Of a stretch of DNA of 32,000 bases, positions 1 to 13,049 are shown one piece after another. This DNA comes from Moraxella nasovis (GTDB lineage: Bacteria; Pseudomonadota; Gammaproteobacteria; Pseudomonadales; Moraxellaceae). The translations under genes were made by a program, and so were the position numbers. The notes beneath the pieces were generated by a model that saw only the letters and a list, made by a program, of their open reading frames with translations, was not told where the DNA came from and made no database searches. The stretch lies in contig NZ_CP089976.1 in NCBI RefSeq assembly GCF_022701215.1, positions 1,380,001-1,412,000 of the forward strand. Reading direction: 5' to 3'. Position 1 is the stretch's first letter; the number at the start of each line of letters is the position of its first letter.

Positions 1-2
1 TA

Positions 3-203
3 TTGCCTACTATTGGCGGGTTTTATTTTACAACCAAAGCCGTAGAATTGGGTGAGGCAAGTAAAGTGCAAATTATAGAAACAAGCGACCCACTTTTTGC
101 CACCTTATTTGCGTTTATATTTTTTGGTGATTTGTTAGGATTTTATGGTTACATTGGTGCTTTATTGATATTTGTTGGGCTTTTGACCTCAATTAAATCA
201 TAA
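3..203 (+). CDS. DMT/EamA-family permease, C-terminal fragment (5' end outside the window)
   Basis: The ORF runs in from the left edge. Its hydrophobic TM-rich tail (LFATLFAFIFFGDLLGFYGYIGALLIFVGLL) is typical of the second EamA repeat. Confidence 0.55.
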   Translation: MPTIGGFYFTTKAVELGEASKVQIIETSDPLFATLFAFIFFGDLLGFYGYIGALLIFVGLLTSIKS

Positions 204-258
204 AGTTTATTTTTGAGTATATCTCAACCCAACCGCCCCAATCTCATTGGTGGCATAA

Positions 259-1296
<1,038 letters not shown>

Positions 1297-1324
1297 TTTT
1301 TTGCCTTGATTTGTTGTACAATAA

Positions 1325-1349
1325 ACGGTCGCTTAGGCGATCGTTTTTT
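1325..1349 (+). terminator. Rho-independent terminator after ilvC
   Basis: 8-bp stem acggtcgc/gcgatcgt (one G-U pair) with loop ttag, followed by tttttt. Confidence 0.6.
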
Positions 1350-1367
1350 ATAAATTACTAGAATGAT

Positions 1368-1802
1368 ATGAATAATTTTGATGTAAGTATGTTGGCTATC
1401 TCCTTGGGTTATTGGGAAAAAGCGTATATTGTGGCAAGTTTGATCGTTGCGGTGATGATTTGGATAGAAGCGACCATGCTAAGTTGTAATGACGGCAAGC
1501 TACCAGAGCAAGTGGGATTTATGATGGTGAGTATGATTACATCATCATGGCTTGTGATATCTGGACTTGCTTTGTGGTTCTTAGAATTTGACAGCTTTGC
1601 GATGGCTGTGCCTGTGATGTATGGGGTGTACTCGGTATTAGGCTGGTTCTATGGTGCTAAACTTATGGCTAAGACAGATGTTCCAGATAATCCAGCTGAT
1701 TTTGTGGTTCCTGCCAAATATCTTGTGTTTTCTAAATCTTTTGCCATTGCGTTCGCCATTTTATCAATCTTTGTCTTATGTACGACCTATTTTATACCAT
1801 GA
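1368..1802 (+). CDS. Hypothetical small integral membrane protein (about 4 TM helices)
   Basis: 144-aa ORF with four long hydrophobic segments. I recognise no family. Confidence 0.55.
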   Translation: MNNFDVSMLAISLGYWEKAYIVASLIVAVMIWIEATMLSCNDGKLPEQVGFMMVSMITSSWLVISGLALWFLEFDSFAMAVPVMYGVYSVLGWFYGAKLMAKTDVPDNPADFVVPAKYLVFSKSFAIAFAILSIFVLCTTYFIP

Positions 1803-1936
1803 TAAGGATGAGCTAGATATGCTCATTTTAATCGTATAGATTGTGTTTGTGATAGTGCCTGAAGTCCTAAAATAAAGTTGTTAGCAAGATTATTTTAATT
1901 TTTTTTGAAAAAATAATCCCCAAACGGGATAAATTT

Positions 1937-1945
1937 TGTTATACT
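1937..1945 (+). promoter_or_regulatory. Possible extended -10 promoter element (TGtTATACT) for the cold-shock gene, implying a ~230-nt leader
   Basis: tgttatact matches TGnTATAAT and is preceded by an A/T-rich tract. No good -35 is present. The distance to the ATG at 2176 fits the long 5' UTRs known for cspA-type genes. Confidence 0.3.
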
Positions 1946-2175
1946 AGGCGTATGGTATTTATGTACCGCTGTAAGTTTAGACTAAAATCATGGTTTTGTG
2001 CTAATGCACCGTTTCCATGACAAGGCAGTGATAGTCAAGGCGTTTTTGAAAGCCTTTTTGGTGAGTGAAAAATGGGGCAACCCAACGTCTGTATCTTGTT
2101 TTATACATTCAGCAACATGAATGGCATTCATAGACGTTAGTCGTCTTAATTTTCAACTCATTTAGGAATTATCTC

Positions 2176-2388
2176 ATGTCAAACAAAGTTCAAGGCACTG
2201 TAAAATGGTTTAACGAAGCAAAAGGCTTTGGTTTTATCGCTCAAGACAACGGCGGTCAAGACGTATTTGCTCATTTTAGTGCTATCTCAGGTTCAGGTTT
2301 TAAAACTCTTGCCGAAGGTCAAAAGGTTTCTTTCATTCTTGGTGAAGGCCCTAAAGGTCTACAAGCCGAAGAAATCGAAAAAATCTAA
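2176..2388 (+). CDS. cspA: Cold-shock protein, CspA family
   Basis: 70-aa ORF with RNP1/RNP2 motifs KGFGFI and VFAHFS, and an AGGA SD upstream. Confidence 0.94.
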   Translation: MSNKVQGTVKWFNEAKGFGFIAQDNGGQDVFAHFSAISGSGFKTLAEGQKVSFILGEGPKGLQAEEIEKI

Positions 2389-2405
2389 GTTTATTTGATT
2401 TAAAA

Positions 2406-2429
2406 ACACCGCTTTTTGCGGTGTTTTTT
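2406..2429 (+). terminator. Rho-independent terminator after the cold-shock gene
   Basis: Perfect 7-bp stem acaccgc/gcggtgt with loop ttttt, followed by ttttt. Confidence 0.75.
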
Positions 2430-2621
2430 ATGCCGATAAAAAAAATATACCAAAAAAAATGACTTGCCGTTCACGTTAATCGTTTGCTCAATTGGTACTT
2501 ATTTTGCAAAATAAATCTTAAGCGGATAAGTATCCTGCTTGCGAATGATTTGAAACTATTTACAAAACAGCGTGTAAATGATATAAAGAAAGGCGTACCC
2601 ATAATAAATTACGGAGCTATC

Positions 2622-3371
2622 ATGAAAGTATTAGTTGCGGTAAAACGTGTTGTTGATCACAACGTCAAAGTGCGTGTCAAGGCAGATGAATCTGGCATGG
2701 AGCTTGCCAATGCCAAGATGAGCATCAATCCATTTTGTGAGATTGCCATTGAAGAAGCGGTTCGCCTAAAAGAAAAAGGCGTGGTGAGTGAGATTATTGC
2801 TGTGTCTGTTGGCACGACCCAAGCCCAAGAACAACTGCGTTCAGCGATGGCACTTGGTGCTGATCGTGGTATTTTGGTTCAGACAGACGAAAAGCCATAC
2901 CCACTACACGTCGCCAAAATCCTAAAAGGCGTGGCAGAGTCAGAAGATGTGCCACTTATCTTGCTTGGCAAGCAGGCGATTGACGATGATAATAATCAGA
3001 CAGGGCAAATGCTCTCAGCACTCATGAACGCATCACAAGGCACATTTGCATCGCAAGTTGTGGTTGATGGTGAAAAGGTGCAAGTTACTCGTGAGATTGA
3101 TGGGGGGTTGCAGACGGTTGAACTGACCTTGCCTGCGGTGATTACCACCGATTTACGCCTAAATGAGCCACGTTTTCCAAAATTACCAAACATCATGGCT
3201 GCCAAGAAAAAACCATTAGACATCAAAACGCCTGCCGACTTTGGTGTGGACATGAGCTCTAAATTGACTACATTAACAGTCAAAGCACCTGCCGAACGTG
3301 GTGCTGGCGTGAAAGTGGCAAGCGTTGATGAGCTGATTGACAAACTACGCAATGAAGCAAAAGTGATTTGA
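2622..3371 (+). CDS. etfB: Electron transfer flavoprotein, beta subunit
   Basis: [19 protein letters not shown] is the canonical EtfB N-terminus, and ACGGAG SD lies just upstream of the ATG at 2622. The track ORF starts at 2484, which adds a non-homologous 46-aa extension. Confidence 0.93.
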   Translation: MKVLVAVKRVVDHNVKVRVKADESGMELANAKMSINPFCEIAIEEAVRLKEKGVVSEIIAVSVGTTQAQEQLRSAMALGADRGILVQTDEKPYPLHVAKILKGVAESEDVPLILLGKQAIDDDNNQTGQMLSALMNASQGTFASQVVVDGEKVQVTREIDGGLQTVELTLPAVITTDLRLNEPRFPKLPNIMAAKKKPLDIKTPADFGVDMSSKLTTLTVKAPAERGAGVKVASVDELIDKLRNEAKVI

Positions 3372-3516
3372 TGCCTGCTTAGGCGAATGGTGTTTGAGAC
3401 TAGGCGTATTTGATGACATGAATATTGATTTGAATATGAAGTCGTCTGTTGAGACAGCCCAATGAGCCACATCAAGCAAAACCACATAAAAATAAACCAA
3501 ATAAAAGGATAATACA

Positions 3517-4446
3517 ATGACTGTACTGGTGTATGCCGAACATGATAATACTGAACTAAAACCTGCCACGTTGTCTGCCATTACCGCAGCAAGCCAAATT
3601 GATGGCGATGTACACGTTTTGGTGGCAGGGGAGAATGCCCAAGCTGTCGCAGATAGTGTCGCTCAGGTCGCTTTTGTGAGCAAGGTTTTGTTGGCGGATA
3701 ACACAGCGTTTGCCAATCAGCTTGCGGAGAATATTGCCCCTGTGGTTGTTAATCTTGCGGATAATTATACGCACATCATCGCCCCTGCCACAACCACTGG
3801 CAAGAACTTTTTGCCACGTGTGGCGGCGTTATTGGACGTGAGCATGATATCAGACATCACAGCGGTGATTGATGCTACGACCTTTGAGCGTCCGATTTAT
3901 GCAGGCAATGCCATTGCAACCGTCAAGACTGCCGAAGATAAAGTGATACTGACGGTGCGTGCCACTGCCTTTGATATGGCAGTCATAGGCGGTAATGCCA
4001 GCATTGAGCGTGTGTCATTGGGTGGCGATACAGGCAAATCATCTTTTGTTAAAGAAGAGCTTGCCAAATCTGACCGTCCTGAATTGACATCAGCGGACAT
4101 TGTGGTATCTGGTGGTCGTGCGTTGGCAAGTGGTGAGAATTTCACCAAATACATTGAACCGCTTGCTGACAAATTGGGTGCTGCGGTGGGAGCAAGCCGT
4201 GCGGCAGTCGATGCAGGATTTGTCCCCAATGACCTACAAGTGGGGCAAACTGGTAAGATTGTCGCACCAAACCTATACATCGCTTGTGGTATCTCAGGGG
4301 CGATTCAGCATTTGGCGGGTATGAAAGACTCAAAAGTCATCGTGGCGATTAACAACGACCCAGAAGCACCGATTGCACAGGTGGCAGATTATTTCTTGGA
4401 AGCGGATATTTTTACCGCACTGCCAGAGCTGACCCAAAAGCTATGA
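3517..4446 (+). CDS. etfA: Electron transfer flavoprotein, alpha subunit
   Basis: 309-aa ORF with AAGGA SD. The FAD-binding C-terminal region reads VVSGGRAL...[11 protein letters not shown]...[29 protein letters not shown]. Confidence 0.95.
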   Translation: MTVLVYAEHDNTELKPATLSAITAASQIDGDVHVLVAGENAQAVADSVAQVAFVSKVLLADNTAFANQLAENIAPVVVNLADNYTHIIAPATTTGKNFLPRVAALLDVSMISDITAVIDATTFERPIYAGNAIATVKTAEDKVILTVRATAFDMAVIGGNASIERVSLGGDTGKSSFVKEELAKSDRPELTSADIVVSGGRALASGENFTKYIEPLADKLGAAVGASRAAVDAGFVPNDLQVGQTGKIVAPNLYIACGISGAIQHLAGMKDSKVIVAINNDPEAPIAQVADYFLEADIFTALPELTQKL

Positions 4447-4499
4447 CCTAAAAACCATGACCTAAGCTTTATGAGTTGCTATTAAATTTAGTATAAAAG

Positions 4500-4525
4500 A
4501 CGCACTTAAAAACGGTGCGTTTTTT
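4500..4525 (+). terminator. Rho-independent terminator after etfA
   Basis: Stem acgcac/gtgcgt with a 9-nt loop, followed by tttttt. Confidence 0.55.
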
Positions 4526-4594
4526 GTGGGTGATGATCTGGCAGGTGTTGCTTTGGGGGCTTGATTTTGTGTAGATGGATTTTTTAGAAATTAA

Positions 4595-4648
4595 GGTTTG
4601 ATAATTAAGGTGTGTAATTATGGTTTGATAATTATGGTTTGATAATTA
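4595..4648. repeat. Three copies of ggtttgataatta (two tandem with a 14-bp period, one 27 bp upstream)
   Basis: Exact copies at 4595-4607, 4622-4634 and 4636-4648. The last copy overlaps the stop codon of the minus-strand methyltransferase gene. Confidence 0.8.
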
Positions 4649-5422
4649 AGTAAAATTTCTTTGGCGTAGCATTTCATATAAACACACCGACCCTGCCACA
4701 CCCACATTTAGGCTTTCTTGACCGTTTGGTTGGGGTAGGGCGATGGCGGTGGCAAGGCTCAAAAATTCATCACGCACGCCTTGTCCTTCATGTCCTAGTA
4801 CCCATGCAATCGGCTTACGCAAATCATGATGATAGATGACCTTGTTGGTGTGCGAGCTTGTGGCGTATAGCGGTGTTTTGACCTTAGCCAAAATCTCATC
4901 GGTGCTGACCTGCTCATGGATAGATAAGGCAAAATTCGCCCCCATGCCAGCACGCAGACACTTGGGCGACCACAGATGGGCGGTGTGCGGTGTGGTAATA
5001 ATTGTAGTAATGCCAACAGCCGATGCCGTGCGAAGTAGCGTGCCGATATTGCCCGCATCTTGTAAGCCGTCTAGTATCATGCAGTCATCTGTAACTGTCC
5101 CAAGTGGGGGTGTAGGGGTATCAATGACTGCCATGATGTCCACGCCATCGCCTAGGGTGCGGATTTGTTTATACAGGCTGTCTGTGATTGTGATGATGGC
5201 GTGTGTTGGAATTTTATTAAGTAAATCAATGACTTCTATGTAATTACACGCACTTTGGCTGACGATGACCTGATGGGGTGTCAAGCCTTGCTTTAATAAT
5301 GCGTCTAATAAATGCACGCCTTCAATCACTGTCTGACCGCTTTTTTTGCGGTGGCGGTGATTGGTGAGTAGGGTGTGGGCGTGGCGGATGGTGGGATTGG
5401 TGGGGGAGGTGATTGGGTTCAT
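4646..5422 (-). CDS. SpoU/TrmH-family RNA 2'-O-ribose methyltransferase
   Basis: SPOUT motifs LDGLQDAGNIGTLLRTA, WVLGHEGQGV and IALPQPNGQESLNVGVAGSVCLYE. I placed the start at MNPITSP (5422). The upstream ATG at 5476 is possible but would overlap the neighbouring ORF. Confidence 0.85.
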   Translation of the reverse strand: MNPITSPTNPTIRHAHTLLTNHRHRKKSGQTVIEGVHLLDALLKQGLTPHQVIVSQSACNYIEVIDLLNKIPTHAIITITDSLYKQIRTLGDGVDIMAVIDTPTPPLGTVTDDCMILDGLQDAGNIGTLLRTASAVGITTIITTPHTAHLWSPKCLRAGMGANFALSIHEQVSTDEILAKVKTPLYATSSHTNKVIYHHDLRKPIAWVLGHEGQGVRDEFLSLATAIALPQPNGQESLNVGVAGSVCLYEMLRQRNFT

Positions 5423-5433
5423 AGGGATTTTAT

Positions 5434-5970
5434 TTATAAGGTTTGGATTTTGGTAAATGGGGTTAAAATTTGGCAAATTTGCGTTTCATGGCGATTTAGC
5501 CAATCTTGGCAATACTGGACAAATGAATAAACATGATGATTTTTCGGTTTGTCATGACAATATTCTATTTCATAATAGAAATTATAAATTGGCTCAATGA
5601 GTTCATGATGACATTTATTATTTTCTAAGCCTACTCCAAAATAATCCCAAATATAATAATCATCAAAAAGCATGAAATTGGTTGGTAGAGTAAAAATCAA
5701 TAATAAAATGTCTAAGGTATAAATCAATATCAATTCATCATCATCAAATTTATAAAAATTTAAATTTTTACAAATTGTTAATAGTAACTCACGAATTTCT
5801 ATTTTTACCAAATCATCATCAAGTATATCAAGCATTAAATCATCATAAAATCCCAAATTCATCAAATCATGGACAAACGCCATCATCTCATCGCCATCTA
5901 GTAAATCTAATTGCAAAAGACAAATATGGATAGCGATGTGATATTGGGGATTGGTCAGACAAATATTCAT
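5434..5970 (-). CDS. Hypothetical, strongly acidic cytoplasmic protein (orphan, AT-rich)
   Basis: ORF open from the ATG at 5970 (MNICLTNPQYH...). By my count it has about 29 D/E against 9 K/R in 178 aa. There is no signal peptide or TM segment, and the DNA is visibly more AT-rich than the flanking genes. The start is uncertain: an ATG at 6036 is possible but overlaps the fbp 3' end. Confidence 0.5.
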   Translation of the reverse strand: MNICLTNPQYHIAIHICLLQLDLLDGDEMMAFVHDLMNLGFYDDLMLDILDDDLVKIEIRELLLTICKNLNFYKFDDDELILIYTLDILLLIFTLPTNFMLFDDYYIWDYFGVGLENNKCHHELIEPIYNFYYEIEYCHDKPKNHHVYSFVQYCQDWLNRHETQICQILTPFTKIQTL

Positions 5971-6019
5971 AGAATTAAGATAAATAAAACCGCCAATTTG
6001 ACGGCTTTGGATTGCTAGG

Positions 6020-7018
6020 TTAAACAGCTGTGCCATCTGCCAAAATCCCATGCTCTTTATGCAAATCTGCGACATATTCAACTTCCTGCCTTGCCCCCAA
6101 GACCACAGGCACACGCTGATGGATATGGGTGGGTGTGATGTCCATGATTCGCCCCACAGCGTCTGTGCTGGCACCGCCTGCTTGCTCAATAATAAAGCTC
6201 ATGGGATTGGCTTCATACATTAGGCGTAATTTGCCCGCTTTACCTTCAATTTTGGTATCAAAAGGATACATAAATACCCCACCACGCATCAAAATGCGAT
6301 GCACATCTGCTATCATTGCCGCCACCCAACGCATATTATAGTCTTTGTTACGTATGCCCATATCCCCTGCAACAAGCTCATCAATATAGCGTTTCATGGG
6401 TGTCAGCCAGTAGCGGTAATTGGACGCATTGATGGCGTATTCGGCAGTCGTATCGCTGATTTTGACATCATCATTGATCAGCACATAGGTCTGGGTGGTG
6501 GGGTCAAAGCTAAACATCACCACGCCTGCCCCCAGTGTAAAAGCGAGCATGGTAGACGTACCATAGATAAAATACCCTGCCGCCACTTGCTGACTGCCTT
6601 TTTGTAGGAAGTCTTGTTCACACGCTGTTTGTCCGCTGTTATGATAAGGCAAAATAGAAAAAATCGTCCCAACGGTCATGTTAATATCAATATTAGAAGA
6701 GCCGTCTAGTGGGTCAAAAGTAACCAGTAGCGTGCCGTCATCGTGAGCAAGGCTAATCTCGTCCAATTCTTCACTGGCAACCCCTGCACAATGGGGGTTG
6801 TGAGTTAGGGTATTTAATAATAGGTCATTGGCAATCACGTCTAGCTTTTTTTGGGTTTCGCCTTGGATATTTTGTCCGCCTGCTTCCCCATGAATGCCTG
6901 CCAATGCCCCTTTGCTCAGTAGATGGCTAATGGAGATGCTGGCAGTGGCAAGGGTGTTCATGGTGCTTGCCAAATTGGGTGCGGCGTGTGTGGCTAAGTA
7001 GTCGGATAATGTGGTCAT
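6020..7018 (-). CDS. fbp: Fructose-1,6-bisphosphatase, class I
   Basis: 332-aa ORF with [10 protein letters not shown] (metal site) and [21 protein letters not shown], both hallmarks of class I FBPase. Confidence 0.96.
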   Translation of the reverse strand: MTTLSDYLATHAAPNLASTMNTLATASISISHLLSKGALAGIHGEAGGQNIQGETQKKLDVIANDLLLNTLTHNPHCAGVASEELDEISLAHDDGTLLVTFDPLDGSSNIDINMTVGTIFSILPYHNSGQTACEQDFLQKGSQQVAAGYFIYGTSTMLAFTLGAGVVMFSFDPTTQTYVLINDDVKISDTTAEYAINASNYRYWLTPMKRYIDELVAGDMGIRNKDYNMRWVAAMIADVHRILMRGGVFMYPFDTKIEGKAGKLRLMYEANPMSFIIEQAGGASTDAVGRIMDITPTHIHQRVPVVLGARQEVEYVADLHKEHGILADGTAV

Positions 7019-7517
7019 AATGTGCCTTAAACATAAGATAAGTGGGGTGGTATCATTTCGTTATTATACTTTTTTAATGCGTCTGTGTAAACGGCTGCGG
7101 CAGCGTACGGTGATTTTGATGGTGTCGTGATATGTTGGTTAGGATATGTAAGACTTTATTGCTTTATCTTAATCATATTAGATTTAATGTAAAAGACCTT
7201 ACTTGCGGTGGGCAAGACGCTAAATGACTATCAAGGCGATGCAAGTTTGTCAAAAATAGTATGAATAATTGCTATAAGGTTTGCAATTACCAAAGATTTG
7301 AAATGGTGGCTTTATCACAACCTAAAAACAGTAGGCAAAACCATCACGTTAAAAAAATATTTTTAAGATAAAAGTAACAGTGGCGGTAAATTGCGTATCC
7401 AAGGCGATTTTAAAAAAGTGTGTGAGCATTACTCATTGATAAAGATAAAAACCTAAGTGGTGATATATGCTAGATGAGATACCACAAGGCTATATAGATG
7501 AGCTTTTTGAATGAATG

Positions 7518-7545
7518 AAAAAAAGCAAGGATAACCTTGCTTTTT
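7518..7545 (-). terminator. Terminator downstream of the cytochrome c peroxidase gene (bidirectional shape)
   Basis: Stem gcaagg/ccttgc with loop ataa, flanked by aaaaaaa on the left and ttttt on the right. Confidence 0.7.
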
Positions 7546-7560
7546 ATTTTGGCTGTTTGC

Positions 7561-8667
7561 CTATTCACCAAAAGGGTTGGGTTTTGGTGTGCTGGTATTG
7601 GAAGGTGGTAAGTTGGGTAGTTGGATATTAGGTTGATCTCCTGTCAAGGTTTTTAAAAATGCCACGATGTCTGCGGTTTCTTCGTTGGTAAATTCTTTGT
7701 TGAGCTGAATCTTACCCATGATACGCACTGCTTCTTCTAATGAATTAACTTGACCGTCATGAAAATAAGGATATGTCAGCTCGATATTTCTGAGTGTAGG
7801 AACTTTAAAGAGCATTTTATCTTCAGGCTTGCCAGTAACCGCAAAGCGTCCTTGCGATAGATTTTTGGTGGTATACTGTTCAAAGACGCCAAATTTTTGA
7901 AATGAGCCACCCCCGAGCAACTCGCCATTGTGACATGCCACGCAGCCTGACTGTTTAAAGGTCTGATAGCCGCGCAATTCTTGCTCATTGATGGCGTTAT
8001 CATCACCAGCAAGCCACTTATCAAAGCGAGAATTTGGTGTGACTAGTGTATCTTCAAAGCTGGCTAAGGCTTGGGTAACTTGTTCAATTGTGATACTGCC
8101 TTGATGATCGTCAAACGCTCTTTGAAACTCTTGTTTATAGGCAGGAATGCTGTTTAGTACCTGTACGACGTATTCGTGGCTGGATGCCATCTCTAAGGGG
8201 TTTTCAATCGGTCCACCTGCTTGCTCTTGTAGAGTTTTTGCGCGTCCGTCCCAAAATTGAGCGATGGCAAGACCGCTGTTTAGTACGGTGGGAGAATTAA
8301 TCGGTCCTTCTGCCCATTTATGACCGATGGAGGTGGTCATGTTGTCTGTACCACCCATCGCAAGGTTATGACAAGAGTTGCACGACATACCGCCCGACTT
8401 AGATAGGCGGGTATCAAACCATAGCTTTTTGCCAAGCTCTACCATTGCAGGATTGTCCACGTGAGCAAGGGCGATGGGTTTGATAGGTTCATCAGGGCGT
8501 GTACTGACTAAGGACTCAACTGGTACGTTGGGAGCGTTGTCACTACTAGTGGTGTTTTGGGAGGGGGTGCTAGCAAACTCAGTCAAGGTAAGCATGCCTA
8601 AAAAGACAACCCCTAGAACCGCTAGCAAGGCAGATATACCAACTAAAGATAGACCAGTATTTTTCAT
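7561..8667 (-). CDS. ccp: Di-haem cytochrome c peroxidase (CCP/MauG family)
   Basis: 368-aa ORF with AGGAGG SD and an N-terminal signal/anchor. It has two CxxCH haem-c motifs (CNSCH, CVACH) and the conserved PTLRNIELTYPYFHDG near the C-terminus. Confidence 0.93.
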   Translation of the reverse strand: MKNTGLSLVGISALLAVLGVVFLGMLTLTEFASTPSQNTTSSDNAPNVPVESLVSTRPDEPIKPIALAHVDNPAMVELGKKLWFDTRLSKSGGMSCNSCHNLAMGGTDNMTTSIGHKWAEGPINSPTVLNSGLAIAQFWDGRAKTLQEQAGGPIENPLEMASSHEYVVQVLNSIPAYKQEFQRAFDDHQGSITIEQVTQALASFEDTLVTPNSRFDKWLAGDDNAINEQELRGYQTFKQSGCVACHNGELLGGGSFQKFGVFEQYTTKNLSQGRFAVTGKPEDKMLFKVPTLRNIELTYPYFHDGQVNSLEEAVRIMGKIQLNKEFTNEETADIVAFLKTLTGDQPNIQLPNLPPSNTSTPKPNPFGE

Positions 8668-8887
8668 TGATGCCTCCTGACGATAATAATCATAAATATT
8701 GCTGCTTTATAATTAAATACACAATTTTTGTGTGGTTTTAATATAAAATGATTTGTCAGGTTTTGCTATTAAATAAAATTAATGAGTCGTATTAAATTTA
8801 TTTATAACTGACCATTATAGTAGGAATTCATTAAAATTTATGTGGATTTGATAAACTGCCATATTAAAAATATATTTGCCTAAAGCA

Positions 8888-8915
8888 CAAAAACCGCCCT
8901 AATAGGACGGTTTTT
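8888..8915 (-). terminator. Probable terminator downstream of the catalase gene
   Basis: Imperfect hairpin accgccc/ggacggt flanked by A- and T-runs, 15 nt past the catalase stop. Confidence 0.4.
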
Positions 8916-8929
8916 AAATTGAGCTTGCA

Positions 8930-10468
8930 TTACATTTTTGGTGGCAAACAGCTCTTTAAATGCTTGGCAGGGTCGGTGTCATACGCCTTAATCGCATCTT
9001 CTACCGTAAGCCCCAACGCTTTGGCAACGCCTTGTCCATAGTCTTCGTGGCAGGCATGGCAGTTGCGGATATGGCGGTATTTGATAAAGTCTAACGCATC
9101 GCCCATCGCTGCTGCGGTGTTGTCAAACAAGGCTTGTTTTTGGGTGTCGTCCATTAGGTTGAACAACGCTCGTGGCTGGCTAAAATAGTCGCTGTCATCT
9201 TCACGAAAATCCCAGTGTTTGGCATCGCCATTGATTTTGAGTGGCGGCTCGGCATATTGTGGCTGCTCTTGCCATTGACTAAAACTGTTTGGCTCATAAT
9301 GCGGACGACCGCCATAGTTGTCGCCAACACGCCCTTGTCCGTCTCTGTGGTTGGAGTATACAGGGCAGCGTGGGGCATTAACAGGAATCTGATGGCGATT
9401 CACGCCAAGGCGATAACGCTGTGCATCAGCATAGTTAAATAAGCGAGCTTGGAGCATTTTGTCAGGAGAAACACTAATACCTGGCACTAGGTTGCTTGGG
9501 GCGAAAGCGGCTTGTTCTACGTCTAAGAAGAAGTTTTCTGGGTTGCGATTTAATTCAAATTCGCCCACTTCAATGAGTGGAAATTGTTTTTTTGACCAAA
9601 CTTTTGTCAAATCAAAGGGGTGAAAATCCACTTCGTTCGCTTGTTCTTCTGGCATGACTTGGATATACATTTTCCATTTTGGATAATCGCCACGCTCAAT
9701 CGCTTCAAACAAATCACGCTGGTTGCTTTCACGGTCTTTGGCAATTACCGCTTCAGCTTCGCTATCTGTCAAATTCTCAATGCCTTGTTGGGTGCGAAAA
9801 TGCATTTTTACCCAAAAACGCTCATTGTCGCTATTAATGAAGCTGTATGTGTGCGAGCTAAAACCGTGCATATGACGAAATGATTTTGGAATGCCACGGT
9901 CGCTCATCACGATGGTTACTTGATGAAAAGCCTCTGGCAGTAGTGTCCAAAAATCCCAGTTATTGGTTGCTGACCGCATATTGGTTTTGGGGTCTCTTTT
10001 GACCGCTTTGTTTAGGTCAGGGAATTTGCGTGGATCTCTTAAAAAGAACACAGGCGTGTTATTGCCGACCATGTCCCAGTTGCCTTCTTCGGTGTAGAAT
10101 TTTAAGGCAAAACCACGAATATCTCGTTCAGCGTCCGCCGCCCCACGCTCACCTGCTACGGTGGTGAAACGAGCGAACATTTCGGTTTTTTTGCCAACTT
10201 CGCTAAAAATCTTGGCTTTGGTGTATTTGGTGATGTCGTGGGTAACAGTAAAAGTACCAAAGGCACCAGAACCTTTGGCGTGCATACGGCGTTCTGGAAT
10301 GACTTCACGAGCAAAGTCGGCTAATTTTTCGTTAAGCCACAAATCTTGGGCAAGGAGTGGACCACGCTGCCCTGCGGTTAAGCTGTTTTGGTTATCGGCA
10401 ACGGGCGCTCCGTTGTTCATGGTGAGGGGAGTGCCTGAGTAGGGGCATTTTGGGGTATTGTCGTTCAT
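8930..10468 (-). CDS. katA: Monofunctional haem catalase (small-subunit type)
   Basis: 512-aa ORF with the distal His region [22 protein letters not shown], and the proximal Tyr region [14 protein letters not shown]. Confidence 0.96.
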   Translation of the reverse strand: MNDNTPKCPYSGTPLTMNNGAPVADNQNSLTAGQRGPLLAQDLWLNEKLADFAREVIPERRMHAKGSGAFGTFTVTHDITKYTKAKIFSEVGKKTEMFARFTTVAGERGAADAERDIRGFALKFYTEEGNWDMVGNNTPVFFLRDPRKFPDLNKAVKRDPKTNMRSATNNWDFWTLLPEAFHQVTIVMSDRGIPKSFRHMHGFSSHTYSFINSDNERFWVKMHFRTQQGIENLTDSEAEAVIAKDRESNQRDLFEAIERGDYPKWKMYIQVMPEEQANEVDFHPFDLTKVWSKKQFPLIEVGEFELNRNPENFFLDVEQAAFAPSNLVPGISVSPDKMLQARLFNYADAQRYRLGVNRHQIPVNAPRCPVYSNHRDGQGRVGDNYGGRPHYEPNSFSQWQEQPQYAEPPLKINGDAKHWDFREDDSDYFSQPRALFNLMDDTQKQALFDNTAAAMGDALDFIKYRHIRNCHACHEDYGQGVAKALGLTVEDAIKAYDTDPAKHLKSCLPPKM

Positions 10469-10718
10469 AAATCACCTATTATTAAGTTTTTGGGTTGGAT
10501 TTTCTTGGTTGTTAAATTATTATTTTGGACTAAAATGGTAACATGCTTGGCGATAAATTTGTTTGGATAAATGTTGTGATAATGTAAAGGTTGGGAGTGA
10601 TTTTTATTTGGGAAATGGTGTATTTTGGGAGTATGTTTCTCTTTTATTAAATTGACTGATTGCCATTGTATTTGACGTGTATTTGATGCAAATATTTTTA
10701 TCATCAGAAATAACTCAT

Positions 10719-10752
10719 AAAAAACCACCCCAATTTCTTGAAGTGGTTTTTT
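10719..10752 (-). terminator. Probable terminator downstream of katG
   Basis: aaaaaaccac...gtggtttttt hairpin with flanking A/T runs, about 30 nt past the katG stop. Confidence 0.5.
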
Positions 10753-10778
10753 ATTATTTTCATATGAAATATCTAAGA

Positions 10779-13049
<2,271 letters not shown>

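Noticed and set aside
1651-1839. 62-aa ORF overlapping the 3' end of the 144-aa membrane-protein ORF.
   Set aside because: It is an alternative frame of the same AT-rich, hydrophobic-coding stretch. The longer ORF, with coherent TM segments, is preferred.
2484-2621. The N-terminal extension of etfB from the track start.
   Set aside because: It starts at a non-ATG codon, has no homology to EtfB and has no SD. The canonical [10 protein letters not shown] start at 2622 has one.
4595-4648. Possible CRISPR array, or similar arrays elsewhere in the window.
   Set aside because: There are only three 13-nt copies with spacers of 14 and 1 nt and no cas genes. No other regularly spaced repeats occur in the window.
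5971-6189. The long form of the acidic-protein ORF (track 5434-6189, 251 aa).
   Set aside because: The upstream 73 codons overlap the well-supported fbp 3' end (6020-7018) in another frame and translate to Trp/Ser/Cys-rich filler. The AT-rich, acidic part begins near the ATG at 5970.
8848-8861. FNR-like half site, TTGATaaacTGCCA, upstream of the cytochrome c peroxidase gene.
   Set aside because: Only the left half matches TTGAT-N4-ATCAA. In such AT-rich DNA a single half site is expected by chance.
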